Below, piece after piece: positions 37,529 through 49,220 of a stretch of 64,000 nt of DNA. How positions within the stretch are numbered: the first letter of the stretch is position 1; each line of letters opens with the position of its first letter. The notes beneath the pieces are model-generated. The model was not told where the DNA came from, did not search any database, and saw nothing but the letters and a program-made list of their open reading frames with translations. Source of the stretch: Psammoneis japonica (taxonomy: Eukaryota); contig QPGO01000105.1 in NCBI GenBank assembly GCA_008632985.1, positions 1 to 64,000 of the forward strand. Reading direction: 5' to 3'. The translations under genes were made by a program, and so were the position numbers.

Positions 37529-37960
37529 CATTTCCAAGAATTTGAAAAGAAAGTTGGGGACCCACCGTGTGGCTTGCAAATCAGCGCTTGATGTGGCTGA
37601 TGTCACGTGTGGTCAACCCCTGACTTTGTGCCATTGTTTCAGACCGAGCTGGCCACAAAACTTGGTTGGATAGAGTTGTTGTGTTCTGCTCGTAGAGGCT
37701 ACACCATTTCTACGTACGTAGAATTCCACTGCGGGAAACGATTTTTGAAAGTACGTACAAGTGCGTAACCCCATTTTTAGAGTCGAAAGCTTCCTGCCAA
37801 AACTCCAAAACTGTTACATGTTGTAGGAACAACTCAGCTTTCTGGTGTGTTTGCACATCGCCGACCGGATTGAGAGAAAGATGTTCATGCGCAAAGGCAA
37901 GGTTCTTGACACAACCGAGCCTTTAATGCGGCTCTACTCTTTTGCTAGACAGCACAAATT

Positions 37961-40068
37961 ATGATACAACGGGCGGTGCGTCTTGGTTTCCTCGCAGGCC
38001 TGGGCCATCGACGATTCCACCCGAACGTGAAATGTCTCTCATCGATGGTGTCGAGGCGTTCGTTGTCGCAACTGAGAATGGCAGAAATGGTGCCAACCTC
38101 TATTCCCTCCTTTGATGATGCGCCCAAGAGTGAGCGGTATCTTTTCGACTTCTTTAAAAAGTTTCTGCCTAAAGAAGACTTCACTGTGTGGTGGAATATT
38201 CGACTTGTTCCTTCGTCCCGACAAGTGGATTTCGTCGCACTGGCCCCAACAAAAGGGCTTTTGATTGTCGAAGCCAAAGGCTACCCACTTGACTGGATTG
38301 TCCAAGGTGATATGCAGCAGATCATTTTGAGAAGACCATTCGATCCTCTGTCTGAAGCTCGTGCTGAAAAGCACCCATTGTGGCAGGCCGAAGGATACAA
38401 GAACCACCTGCTAGACATGCTCAAGGCGGAGAAAATACTCTGTCATCCAAGTGGTTCTCGCCAGGGACAGCCATTGCTCCCAGTGGGACGTTGCGTTGCG
38501 ATGACAGCGGCCAAGCGTCAGAACCTAAAACGTGAAAATGCCCATGGTGTCTACGTGAATGATATTTTCGAAGACAACTCTATACTGTTTCGAGATGATA
38601 TTGAAGCTTGGAAAACGCTTCCCCCGGAGCAGCGGATAAAGCATTTCGAGTCTCTATTTGATTCTCGGGTCGAATGGCATCCAGAGTGCCCATTGACGAA
38701 CGATCAGATTCAGACGATTAGAGGCTTGCTGCACCCGACGACGCAAATTTCCCGAGTACCGGCACAGGCAGCAAGCTGGAATCTTGGTGGTCTTCGCCAC
38801 ATGCCGACTGATGCCACGGTGCTTAAGAGTTTAGATTTGAAGCAGGAACAAGTTGCCAAAGGAATTGGAACGGGGCATCGAATTCTTGCTGGGGTGGCAG
38901 GATCGGGGAAAACACAAGTTTTGCTATGTCGGGCCAAGATCTTATCGGAATGCAATCCCGACGCGCGTATTCTGGTCACCTGCTACAACAGGACCCTTGC
39001 AAGTTATCTGAGATCTCTTCTTTCTCCGTATTCAAACGTGGAGGTTTCGCACTTTCATGGATGGGCGGAGAAACGTGTGCTCTTGCCGCTGTACACTGGC
39101 AAAAGAGTAAAAGATGAGGAAACAGACGGTGTAATCGCAGAATCTCTTTATCTTCACTGTGAGACCGATCGACACGATCGATACGACGCTATACTGGTGG
39201 ATGAGGCGCACATGATGAGCGGGGCATGGCTCAAGAGTCTAGTCGGTTTCTTGAAAGACCCTGATGGTGGCGACCTGCTTATTGTTTGTGATCGATCGCA
39301 GATGCTGAAGCAGCGTTCTTCTTTCACGTGGTCTTCGGTAAATATCAAAGCACGAGGGCGCACAATGACGTTCTCTCACAATTATCGAAACACAAAGCAA
39401 ATTCTCAATATGGCTTGGGGACTAATGACATATCTGATTGGCAACAAAACAGATTCCGTGTCCAAAGATGAAGCCTTTCCTCTCGTCAAACCGTCAGCGG
39501 CGCGAAGGGATGGCCCAAAACCCACGCTCTTACCTACAAACAATTGGAAGAAGTCGCTGTTGGAATATCTTGGTTACTTGCTGGACAGCGGTGTCCCGTC
39601 GAACGACATTGCGATACTTTATCGATGGAATGTGCGAGGATTCGTTAAAAGACTCAAGGAGGACATTGAACGTCGTTTTGGAAGCGGTATTGTTTATTGG
39701 GTCAATCAGGACCAACAATCAAAAGACCGGTTCGGTTCGCAGAAAAAGGGCATAAGACTCATTACTCACCAATCGTCGCTTGGCTTAGAGTTCAAGCATG
39801 TGATTGTAATTCGACCGGAGCATTTTGAACGTGACCTGTTCTCCCGTCAAAATGCGATGACGTGGAAGGTGCTTGTAAGGAGATACACGTTGGATTAACT
39901 CGAGCTTGTGAAGAGCTAACTCTTATCGCTGAAAGTGTCAGCCAAATATCTGTTTTCTTTAAACAAAAGGCTTCCGAGCTGGATCTTGTCATAGCTGATC
40001 CTCATATGCTGGCTGACTTGCAGTACCCAACGGAAGAGAACGCGCCTGAACACCGCCACGACAACTGA
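37961..40068 (+). CDS. NERD nuclease + SF1 (UvrD-like) helicase, copy 1; 1-bp frameshift at about 39840
   Basis: NERD VDFV...GLLIVEAKGY...HPLWQAEGY; Walker A GVAGSGKT; Walker B ILVDEAH; NYRNT; GLEFKHV; HVGLTRA in the shifted frame 39862-40068. Intronless. Confidence 0.88.
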
Positions 40069-42151
40069 CTGTCGTGGCTCTAATGATAACCCCAACAAGT
40101 GGTGGTTTTCCTTTTCACCACTGCGGCCTGTGTGTATGAAAATTTAATGGTTGGCTTTGTAATACGTCGAGTCTAGCCAGAACTGCTCTTTATGTTACAC
40201 TGTTCGTCACACCGAAATGAAATAGCTAGCTACACCACCACGCCAAGTGAGGACTTCATCTGCGTACCCGCACAAAACTGTCCGTCGTACGCTGATTTCT
40301 TAAGCCTGACATCCACTTTCTTATTAGTCACCGTCAGGAACGATTTTGCATTGGGCTGAGCTGACGATGCCTTTTCTGACATCGTCATCGTCCTCCGCAA
40401 GATGGTTGGAATCGGTCAGTTCTTGGGCTCGAGACGATGACGTCACCACGTGCAAAAATCGCTGCCGCACCGACAATCATGAACCAATGAAAACAAACAA
40501 ACAAAACAATTGAAATCCAAAGTTTGTTTGCACTGGGCCCAAATCAAGAAGAAGCACTGTCACAAATGCTTTCTGTGTCAAAAATGTGGTGAAGGAATTG
40601 AAACTTTCAAAACTCTGAAACAATTTGTGAGAGAGACCAAAGTGACTTGCACACCCTTCAGCGCAAGAAATGCCACACCACCAAGCAGCAAGAAGGAAGA
40701 GCAGCCTGGCACTGAGCAGCGCCCTTGTGCCAAACAGACTTGGCAAGCTCCACTTTGAACTTGTGTGCAAGCATTTGCTCTTTTTGTCTCGCGCACCATG
40801 TGCTTTTCTTTTTGAGTCTGTTTGCCCTTCTTGCTTGGTGTGCCCATTTCTTGCACAAACATTTTGTTTCCTTTTCTCATTGTTGCAGCTGCTGCCATGC
40901 CATCCTGGAGAGCAATTGCACATCTTGCATTTGCTTCCTCAGCAACATGGCAATGTGCACACTGTTGCTGCTGGCAGCAAACAAGATGCTGCAACACGCA
41001 ATTGTGAAGGCACCCAGCGGTTGTCATGTGCTGAAGCTGGTTTTGCTTTTGTGATGACCATGGAAAAGCTCCCTGCACCACAAAGACCATTTGCAACCAC
41101 ATGTCACCCAGCTTAGAAAAAAGGGTGAGAGCATGGCTGTTCTCTTGAGACAGCAGGCTTCTCAAGTTCTCTCACTCTTCCAGGAAGTGTGCACAGTTTC
41201 CTCCTCCACTGGCACCTTGGTCATCACCACAGTCATGTTGAGCCACCTTGCTGCTTTTGATTTGCTCCTCAAGCCAGCCGTGCTCTGCAACAACTCTTTG
41301 GCAAGTCTCTCTGTGTGCAGCCATGTGCTGCTGAAGATTTGTGAAGGGAGCAAGGGCACAAATTTCAACAACAAGCAGATTTGTTTCTTGTTGCACTGCA
41401 AGTCAGCTGCAAGTCCATGCCGCCACAGGTGTCTTTTGGGTGCCACAGTCATGTTGAGCTGCTGTGCTGCTGCACTCATTGTGTCTTTAAAAACAAACTC
41501 ACAACATGTGCTGCACTGGAACAAGCCAGCTCTTTTGATCAATCAGCTTGGTGGCCCACATGTTGTGCATGTTGCTTTTTGTTGGGGAAAGCACACTCTT
41601 GATGTCAAAAATTGCATCACATTGGCATTTGTGCCAATGGCATTGACAACTGCCTGTGGCTGCAAAGTTGGTGCATCCCTGCTCTCAGCTTCATGATCAA
41701 CACTCTCAGCCCCAGGCTCACAAAAACAATTTGGAGGCTCTTCTGTGCCCAGCTTGTCAAAATCACTTTGTGCCCACATGCGCTGTCACTTTCATCAAGA
41801 TTTTCTTCATTGTTGGAGTCTGGCTCAATTGTTGTTGGGTGACCAATCCCCAAGAAAGGCCAGGTGCCACAACCTGACTTTGGTCTCTGCTGGGGACAAA
41901 GAGAAAGAACCCAAGCAAGCCCACCTCCAACAAAATCTGCCACATCTGAGATGCTGACCTTGCAGCATTGTCAAGTGCCCCAGATGACTGCTGGAGACTG
42001 GAGCAAACATTCTTCGCCTTTGCAAAGCTGCACGTCAGGTGTCCCCACCACAGGAGCAGAGTGCGCGAGAAATGGTCGTTGATGAGCACACTGATTGGAG
42101 ATGAGATGCAAGAGTTTCAATGATGTGATCTGTTGATTGACTTGACCCACA

Positions 42152-42491
42152 AGCAGTGAGCACCTCTGTTTTGTGGGAAAAAACCGTTTTAAACAATTGG
42201 GTGGATGGATGTGTTTCAATGGCCACATCTCTCCCTCAAACACTGTCATCCGAACAAACCCTCAGTGTCTCACCCCCTTTTCATGTGTGCGAGGAATTTG
42301 GTTCTGCTGCTCGTTTTCTCCTGTCACAAACAGCAGAACCAAATTCCTTGTGCCAGCACATGAAAAGGGGGGTGAGACACTGAGGGTTTGTTCGGATGAC
42401 AGTGTTTGAGGGAGACACATGATCATTGAAACACATTCATCCACTGAATTGTTCAACGGTTTTTTCCCACAAAATTTGGGTGCTCACTGCT
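42152..42491. mobile_element. Second copy of the foldback inverted repeat
   Basis: Same sequence as 37189-37528 at offset 4963. Confidence 0.8.
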
Positions 42492-42938
42492 CATTTCCAA
42501 GAATTTGAAAAGAAAGTTGGGGACCCACCGTGTGGCTTGCAAATCAGCGCTTGATGTGGCTGATGTCACGTGTGGTCAACCCCTGACTTTGTGCCATTGT
42601 TTCAGACCGAGCTGGCCACAAAACTTGGTTGGATGGAGTTGTTGTGTTCTGCTCGTAGAGGCTGCACCATTTCTACGCACGTAGAATTCCACTGCGGGAA
42701 CCGATTTTTGAAAGTGCGCACAAGTGCGTGACCCCATTTTTAGAGTCGAAAGCTTCCTGCCAAAACTCCAAAACTGTTGCATGTTGTAGGAACAACTCAG
42801 CTTTCTGGTGTGTTTGCACATCGCCGACCGGATTGAGAGAAAGACATTCATGCCAAAGCGGGCTGCCTGCAAAGGCAAGGTTCTTGACATGACCGAGCCT
42901 TTAATGTGGCTCTGCTCTTTTGCTGGACAGCACAAATT

Positions 42939-45047
42939 GTGACACAACGGGCGGTGCATCTTGGTTTCCTCGCAGGCCTGGGCCATCGACGATTCCACCC
43001 GAACGTGAAATGTCTCTCATCGATGGTGTCGAGGCGTTCGTTGTCGCAACTGAGAATGGCAGAAATGGTGCCAACCTCTGTTCCCTCCTTTGATGATGCG
43101 CCCAAGAGTGAGCGGTGTCTTTTCGATTTCTTTAAAAAGTTTCTGCCTGACGAAGACTTCACTGTGTGGTGGAACATTCGACTTGTTCCTTTGTCCCGAC
43201 AAGTGGATTTCGTCGCACTGGCCCCAACAAAAGGGCTTTTGATTGTCGAAGCCAAAGGCTACCCACTTGACTGGATTGTCCAAGGTGATGTGCAGCAGAT
43301 CATTTTGAGAAGACCATTCGATCCTCTGTCTGAAGCTCGTGCTGAAAAGCACCCATTGTGGCAGGCCGAAGGATACAAGAACCACCTGCTAGACATGCTC
43401 AAGGCGGAGAAAATGCTCTGTCATCCAAGTGGTTCTCGCCAGGGACAGCCATTGCTCCCAGTGGGACGTTGCGTTGCGATGACAGCGGCCAAGCGTCAGA
43501 ACCTAAAACGTGAAAATGCCCATGGTGTCTACGTGAATGACATTTTCGAAGACAACTCTGTGCTGTTTCGAGATGACATTGAAGCTTGGAAAACGCTTCC
43601 CCCGGAGCAGCGGATAAAGCATTTCGAGTCTCTATTTGATTCTCGGGTCGAATGGCATCCAGAGTGCCCATTGACGAACGATCAGATTCAGACGATTAGA
43701 GGCTTGCTGCACCCGACGACGCAAATTTCCCGAGTGCCGGCACAGGCAGCAAGCTGGAATCTTGGTGGTCTTCGCCACATGCCGACTGATGCCACGGTGC
43801 TTAAGAGTTTAGATTTGAAGCAGGAACAAGTTGCCAAAGGAATTGGAACGGGGCATCGAATTCTTGCTGGGGTGGCAGGATCGGGGAAAACACAAGTTTT
43901 GCCATGTCAGGCCAAGATCTTATCGGAATGCAATCCCGACGCGCGTGTTCTGGTCACCTGCTGCAACAGGACCCTTGCAAGTTATCTGAGATCTCTTCTT
44001 TCTCCGTATTCAAACGTGGAGGTTTCGCACTTTCATGGATGGGCGGAGAAACGTGTGCTCTTGCCGCTGTACACTGGCAAAAGAGTAAAAGATGAGGAAA
44101 CAGACGGTGCAATCGCAGAATCTCTTTATCTTCACTGTGAGACCGATCGACACGATCGACACGACGCTATACTGGTGGATGAGGCGCACATGATGAGCGG
44201 GGCATGGCTCAAGAGTCTAGTCGGTTTCTTGAAAGACCCTGATGGTGGCGACCTGCTTATTGTTTGTGATCGATCGCAGATGCTGAAGCAGCGTTCTTCT
44301 TTCACGTGGTCTTCGGTAAATATCAAAGCACGAGGGCGCACAATGACGTTCTCTCACAATTATCGAAACACAAAGCAAATTCTCAATATGGCTTGGGGAC
44401 TAATGACATGTCTGATTGGCAACAAAACAGATTCCGTGTCCAAAGATGAAGCCTTTCCTCTCGTCAAACCGTCAGCGGCGCGAAGGGATGGCCCAAAACC
44501 CACGCTCTTACCTACAAACAATTGGAAGAAGTCGCTGTTGGAATGTCTTGGTTACTTGCTGGACAGCGGTGTCCCGTCGAACGACATTGCGATACTTTAT
44601 CGATGGAATGTGCGAGGATTCGTTAAAAGACTCAAGGAGGACATTGAACGTCGTTTTGGAAGCGGCATTGTTTGTTGGGTCAATCAGGACCAACAATCAA
44701 AAGACCGGTTCGGTTCGCAGAAAAAGGGCATGAGACTCATTGCTCACCAATCGTCGCTTGGCTTAGAGTTCAAGCATGTGATTGTAATTCGACCGGAGCA
44801 TTTTGAACGTGACCTGTTTCTCCCGTCAAAATGCGATGACGTGGAAGGTGCTTGTAAGGAGACACACGTTGGATTAACTCGAGCTTGTGAAGAGCTAACT
44901 CTTGTCGCTGAAAGTGTCAGCCAAATGTCTGTTTTCTTTAAACAAAAGGCTTCCGAGCTGGATCTTGTCATAGCTGATCCTCATGTGCTGGCTGACTTGC
45001 AGCACCCAACGGAAGAGAACGCGCCTGAACACCGCCACGACAACTGA
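42939..45047 (+). pseudogene. NERD-UvrD helicase, copy 2; open frame but first ATG changed to GTG and many TpA-derived substitutions
   Basis: Relative to copy 1: ERYL>ERCL, TCY>TCC, RYD>RHD, TYL>TCL, EYL>ECL, VYW>VCW, QYP>QHP and several I>V/M/T changes. An internal ATG (MAEMVP) remains. Confidence 0.8.
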
Positions 45048-47163
45048 CTGTCGTGGCTCTAATGACAACCCCAACAAGTGGTGGTTTTCCTTTTCACCAC
45101 TGCGGCCTGTGTGCACGAAAATTTAATGGTTGGCTTTGCAATGCGTCGAGCCCAGCCAGAACTGCTCTTTATGTTACACTGTTCGTCACACCGAAATGAA
45201 ATGGCCAGCTACACCACCACGCCAAGTGAGGACTTCATCTGCGCACCCGCACAAAACTGTCCGTCGTACGCTGATTTCTTAAGCCTGACATCCACTTTCT
45301 CATTGGTCACCGTCAGGAACGATTTTGCATTGGGCTGAGCTGACGATGCCTTTTCTGACATCGTCATCGTCCTCCGCAAGATGGTTGGAATCGGTCAGTT
45401 CTTGGGCTCGAGACGATGACGTCACCACGTGCAAAAATCGCTGCCGCACCGACAATCATGAACCAATGAAAACAAACAAACAAAACAATTGAAATCCAAA
45501 GTTTGTTTGCACTGGGCCCAAATCAAGAAGAAGCACTGTCACAAATGCTTTCTGTGTCAAAAATGTGGTGAAGGAATTGAAACTTTCAAAACTCTGAAAC
45601 AATTTGTGAGAGAGACCAAAGTGGCTTGCACACCCTTCAGCGCAAGAAATGCCACACCACCAAGCAGCAAGAAGGAAGAGCAGCCTGGCACTGAGCAGCG
45701 CCCTTGTGCCAAACAGACTTGGCAAGCTCCACTTTGAACTTGTGTGCAAGCATTTGCTCTTTTTGTCTCGCGCACCATGTGCTTTTCTTTTTGAGTCTGT
45801 TTGCCCTTCTTGCTTGGTGTGCCCATTTCTTGCACAAACATTTTCGTTTCCTTTTCTCATTGTTGCAGCTGCTGCCATGCCATCCTGGAGAGCAATTGCA
45901 CATCTTGCATTTGCTTCCTCAGCAACATGGCAATGTGCACACTGTTGCTGCTGGCAGCAAACAAGATGCTGCAACACGCAATTGTGAAGGCACCCAGCGG
46001 TTGTCATGTGCTGAAGCTGGTTTTGCTTTTGTGATGACTGTGGAAAAGCTCCCCGCACCACAAAGACTGTTTGCAACCACATCTCACCCAGCTTAGAAAA
46101 AATGGCAAGAGCACAGCCAATCTCTTGAAACAGTGGGCTTCTCAACTTTTCTCACTCTTTCCATGAAGTGCGCGCAGTCTCCTCCTCCACTGACACCTCA
46201 GTCATCACCACAGTTGTGATGTTGAGCCACCTTGTTCATCTTGACCTGCTCCTTGAGCCAGCTGTGCTCTGCAACAACTTCTCTTTGGCAAATCTCTCTG
46301 TGCACAGCCACGTGCTGCTCAAGATTTGTGAAAAGGGCAACAAATGACACAAGCCTCAACAACAAGCAGATTTGTTTCTTGTTGCACTGCACAAGCCAGC
46401 CAGCAGCAAGTCTGTGCCACCACAGGTGTTTTGGGCACCACAGTCACGTTGAGCTGCTGTGCTGCTGCGCTCATTGTGGCTGGAAACAAACTCAGATTGT
46501 GCGCTTCACTGGAACAAGCCAGTTCTTCTGATTGATCTGTTTGGTGGCCTCAGTGTTGTGCATGTTGCTGTTCATTGGAAGGCACTCTTGATGTCAAAAA
46601 TTGCATCATGTTTGCATTTGTGGCAACAGCTGCAACAACTGCTGCAGCTGCTGCAAAGCTTGGTGCACCCCTGCTCTCAGCTCAATGACCAATGCTCTCA
46701 GCCCCAGGCTCACAAAAACAGCTTGGAGGCTCTTCTGTGCCCAGGCCAGCTTGTCAAAATCACCTCATGTCCATGAGCTGTCACTTTCATCAAGATTTCC
46801 TTCATTGTTGGAATCTGGCTCAATTGTCTTCGGGTGACCAATCCCCAAAGAAAGGCCAGGTGCCACAACCTGACTTTGACCTCTGTTGGCATTGCTGGGA
46901 ACAAAGAGAAAGAACCCAAGTCTGCCTCCAACAAAATTTGCCACATCTGATGCTGGCCTTGCAGCATTGTCAAGTGCCCCAGATGACTGGAGACACATCC
47001 CATTTTGCACGCACGATTGAGAGTCAGACGTGCGTGCCGGTACGAAGCACCACACCCAGCCATGCGCGGTTTCATTGTTCAGCAAGGTGTCGAGTGGTCG
47101 ATCGTTGAGAGTTTTTGTCGCTGTCCCTGCAGAGTTCGATTCCGATCATTTTTGAGGACAACC

Positions 47164-48027
47164 ATGACGGTTCGGTGTCATGTACCCTCCTACTTCATAA
47201 CTGGAGGACAAACCGGGGCGGATTCCATCCCCCTGCGGGTTGTCTCCACGGTAGCCAACAACAACAAGCACATTTCTGGTGTCCGCGGCTATCTTCCTGC
47301 TGGATGCAAGCGTTCGGATGGACAGGGTTATGAAATAAAGAAAAAGTTTGGATTATGGGAAGGGGCTGCCGTGAGTAATAGGTATGAATGGCGAGACAAG
47401 GCCAATGCGGGCATGGCAGATGCATGTGTGTGTTTTCTTTCCACAAAGCCCAAAACCGGAAGAGGAACACTGAGAACTGCAAATATTTTCATTAATGGAC
47501 AGTATGAAATGGTCATGGTAAAGAAACCAGATACAATGGACTGGCTTGTGATTGGGACTGCGGTTGCCAAGGAACAAGATGAGGCAAAGGTAGACGACTG
47601 GAGATACTTGATCGCGAAATCACAAGAGGAAGAAACTGTTGAAAAACAAAAGGCGGTCGCTCTAGAAGGAGAAGCCAAACAGCTTTCGAAGAGGACTCTT
47701 GGCGAGAATGGCACAAAACCGGGAGGCTTTTCCTTCTCGTACGAGAATCCAAAATACCCCATCATGCCATTGGCAGAACCCGACCCACTTTCACCGAAAA
47801 CAAGCAAGCTCCAATTCACGAGGAGACCAGTCCTTGTGTTTTGGGATGTAGAAGTACCGAGAGAGAATGATGACACAACATCCCGACTAGCAGAAGTTCT
47901 CCGCGAATTTCTGGACTTTTATGAGCCCGAAAACCTCATGTTCTCTGGTGCAAAAGAGGAAACATGCCCTGGAATTGAGGAGAGAGGTGCTGCAGTAGTA
48001 GTGGAAGCCCTTTGGGGTGAATCTTGA
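47164..48027 (+). CDS. SLOG-superfamily putative molybdenum-carrier/YpsA-like protein
   Basis: ITGGQTGAD motif followed by GYLPAG...SDG, Y..RD.AN...ADA and GT..T. Intronless. Confidence 0.65.
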   Translation: MTVRCHVPSYFITGGQTGADSIPLRVVSTVANNNKHISGVRGYLPAGCKRSDGQGYEIKKKFGLWEGAAVSNRYEWRDKANAGMADACVCFLSTKPKTGRGTLRTANIFINGQYEMVMVKKPDTMDWLVIGTAVAKEQDEAKVDDWRYLIAKSQEEETVEKQKAVALEGEAKQLSKRTLGENGTKPGGFSFSYENPKYPIMPLAEPDPLSPKTSKLQFTRRPVLVFWDVEVPRENDDTTSRLAEVLREFLDFYEPENLMFSGAKEETCPGIEERGAAVVVEALWGES

Positions 48028-49220
48028 TGGAAGGTACCGGTTGGCATCTGGAAGGATCGTTACGACAAGATGAGTCGCTATGACATGGATCCACCACTAA
48101 TTTTCGTCATTAAACTGTCACGATAAATGCAATACAGAACCCGGACAAGACGGCCCGTTTTGTTGCACACGCCATTATTTCGTGCACGAAAATGTATTGC
48201 CACTTCGACACTATACAATCAGCCTCCTCCAACGCCATTCACCCTCTCAGAAAAGCATGGCCTATAGTAAAGTACTGTAGATTGATGCAAAAATTTCATG
48301 GCTGGCTTTTGGTCGTTATTGTAGCCACGCCGTAGTACAGACTGCCGAGTGAACTGGAGACTTCATTTTATTAGAGATAGAGTGTTCATACAATAATGCT
48401 TGGTAGCATCAATACTTTGACTATTATTGATTGCAGTATTTACAACGATAAGTCAAATACTTCCTATAGATGTCGTGGCTATTGACTTGACATCTACAAA
48501 AAACACAGGATATAAAATGTACTAGAGTATCCAATCAAGTCTTTTTTGACCTCTCCGCCGACGAAAAAAGAAGGATGAAGTAGCAGTTCTTTCTATGCCG
48601 GTCACATTTCTGAAACAAGGAACAAAATCATAAAAAGGCTAGAGAATACTTCTGCCAACAGAAAGTCGAAAACTGAAATAGCATGGGTTATGGGCCAAGT
48701 TACGGCAAATCTCGTGTCACTTCCAACTTGCACTCTTTACAACGCAGGGCAACATGCACCTCGCTCTGCCTGCGACTTCCATGGTCTGTAAAAATCGGGC
48801 AACTTTCAGGGCAAAAATGTGAAGGAGACGCGAGTCATGTCTGTGGTGTGACTTGCGTCAGAATGCAACCTTTGCTTCTCGTGTCAACGCCCCTGGATTT
48901 TCAATTTCTTCTTTGATCATGGTCGAACGGCACGGGCGGACGTCCGTCTATCTAGGGCTATCTATCTATCTATCTCACCCCGCTTTATTTCATAGCATGG
49001 CCACCCATTGTTGTTGGATACTTAGACAATTCGTGACTCCTCCCACCGCGTTTTGGCATTGCGCCATCAAATCCGTGACTGAAAATAATGCGAACACCTC
49101 TCGATGCGAACCCTGAAACCCTGAAGATCCAAAATTCCTAAGATCCAACAGAAGTTTGGCTGTTAGCTCGTCACAAAACACAACTCTATCAAAAGAAAAT
49201 TACAGGAATAATCATTCACC

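Larger units (their letters stand above)
33300..37650. other. TpA/CpG-depleted hypermutated block containing repeat R1 and a foldback element
   Basis: Dinucleotide signature and Tyr-free ORFs. Confidence 0.85.
36060..46030 (+). repeat. About 4.97-kb tandem duplication (unit 1 about 36060-41020, unit 2 about 41020-46030)
   Basis: Identical ORF translations at offset 4963 (36128/41091); offset becomes 4978-4979 after a 15-bp and a 1-bp indel. Confidence 0.95.

Noticed and set aside
37620..45450. Classical fungal RIP or plain CpG deamination as the explanation
   Set aside because: RIP creates TpA, whereas TpA is destroyed here, with conserved Tyr giving the direction. CpG changes are only a small minority of the differences.
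37961..48027. Bacterial contamination or a prokaryotic defence operon
   Set aside because: The genes are embedded among host-type repeats and intron-containing genes, share the host mutation signature and show no operon structure. A chimeric assembly is not formally excluded.
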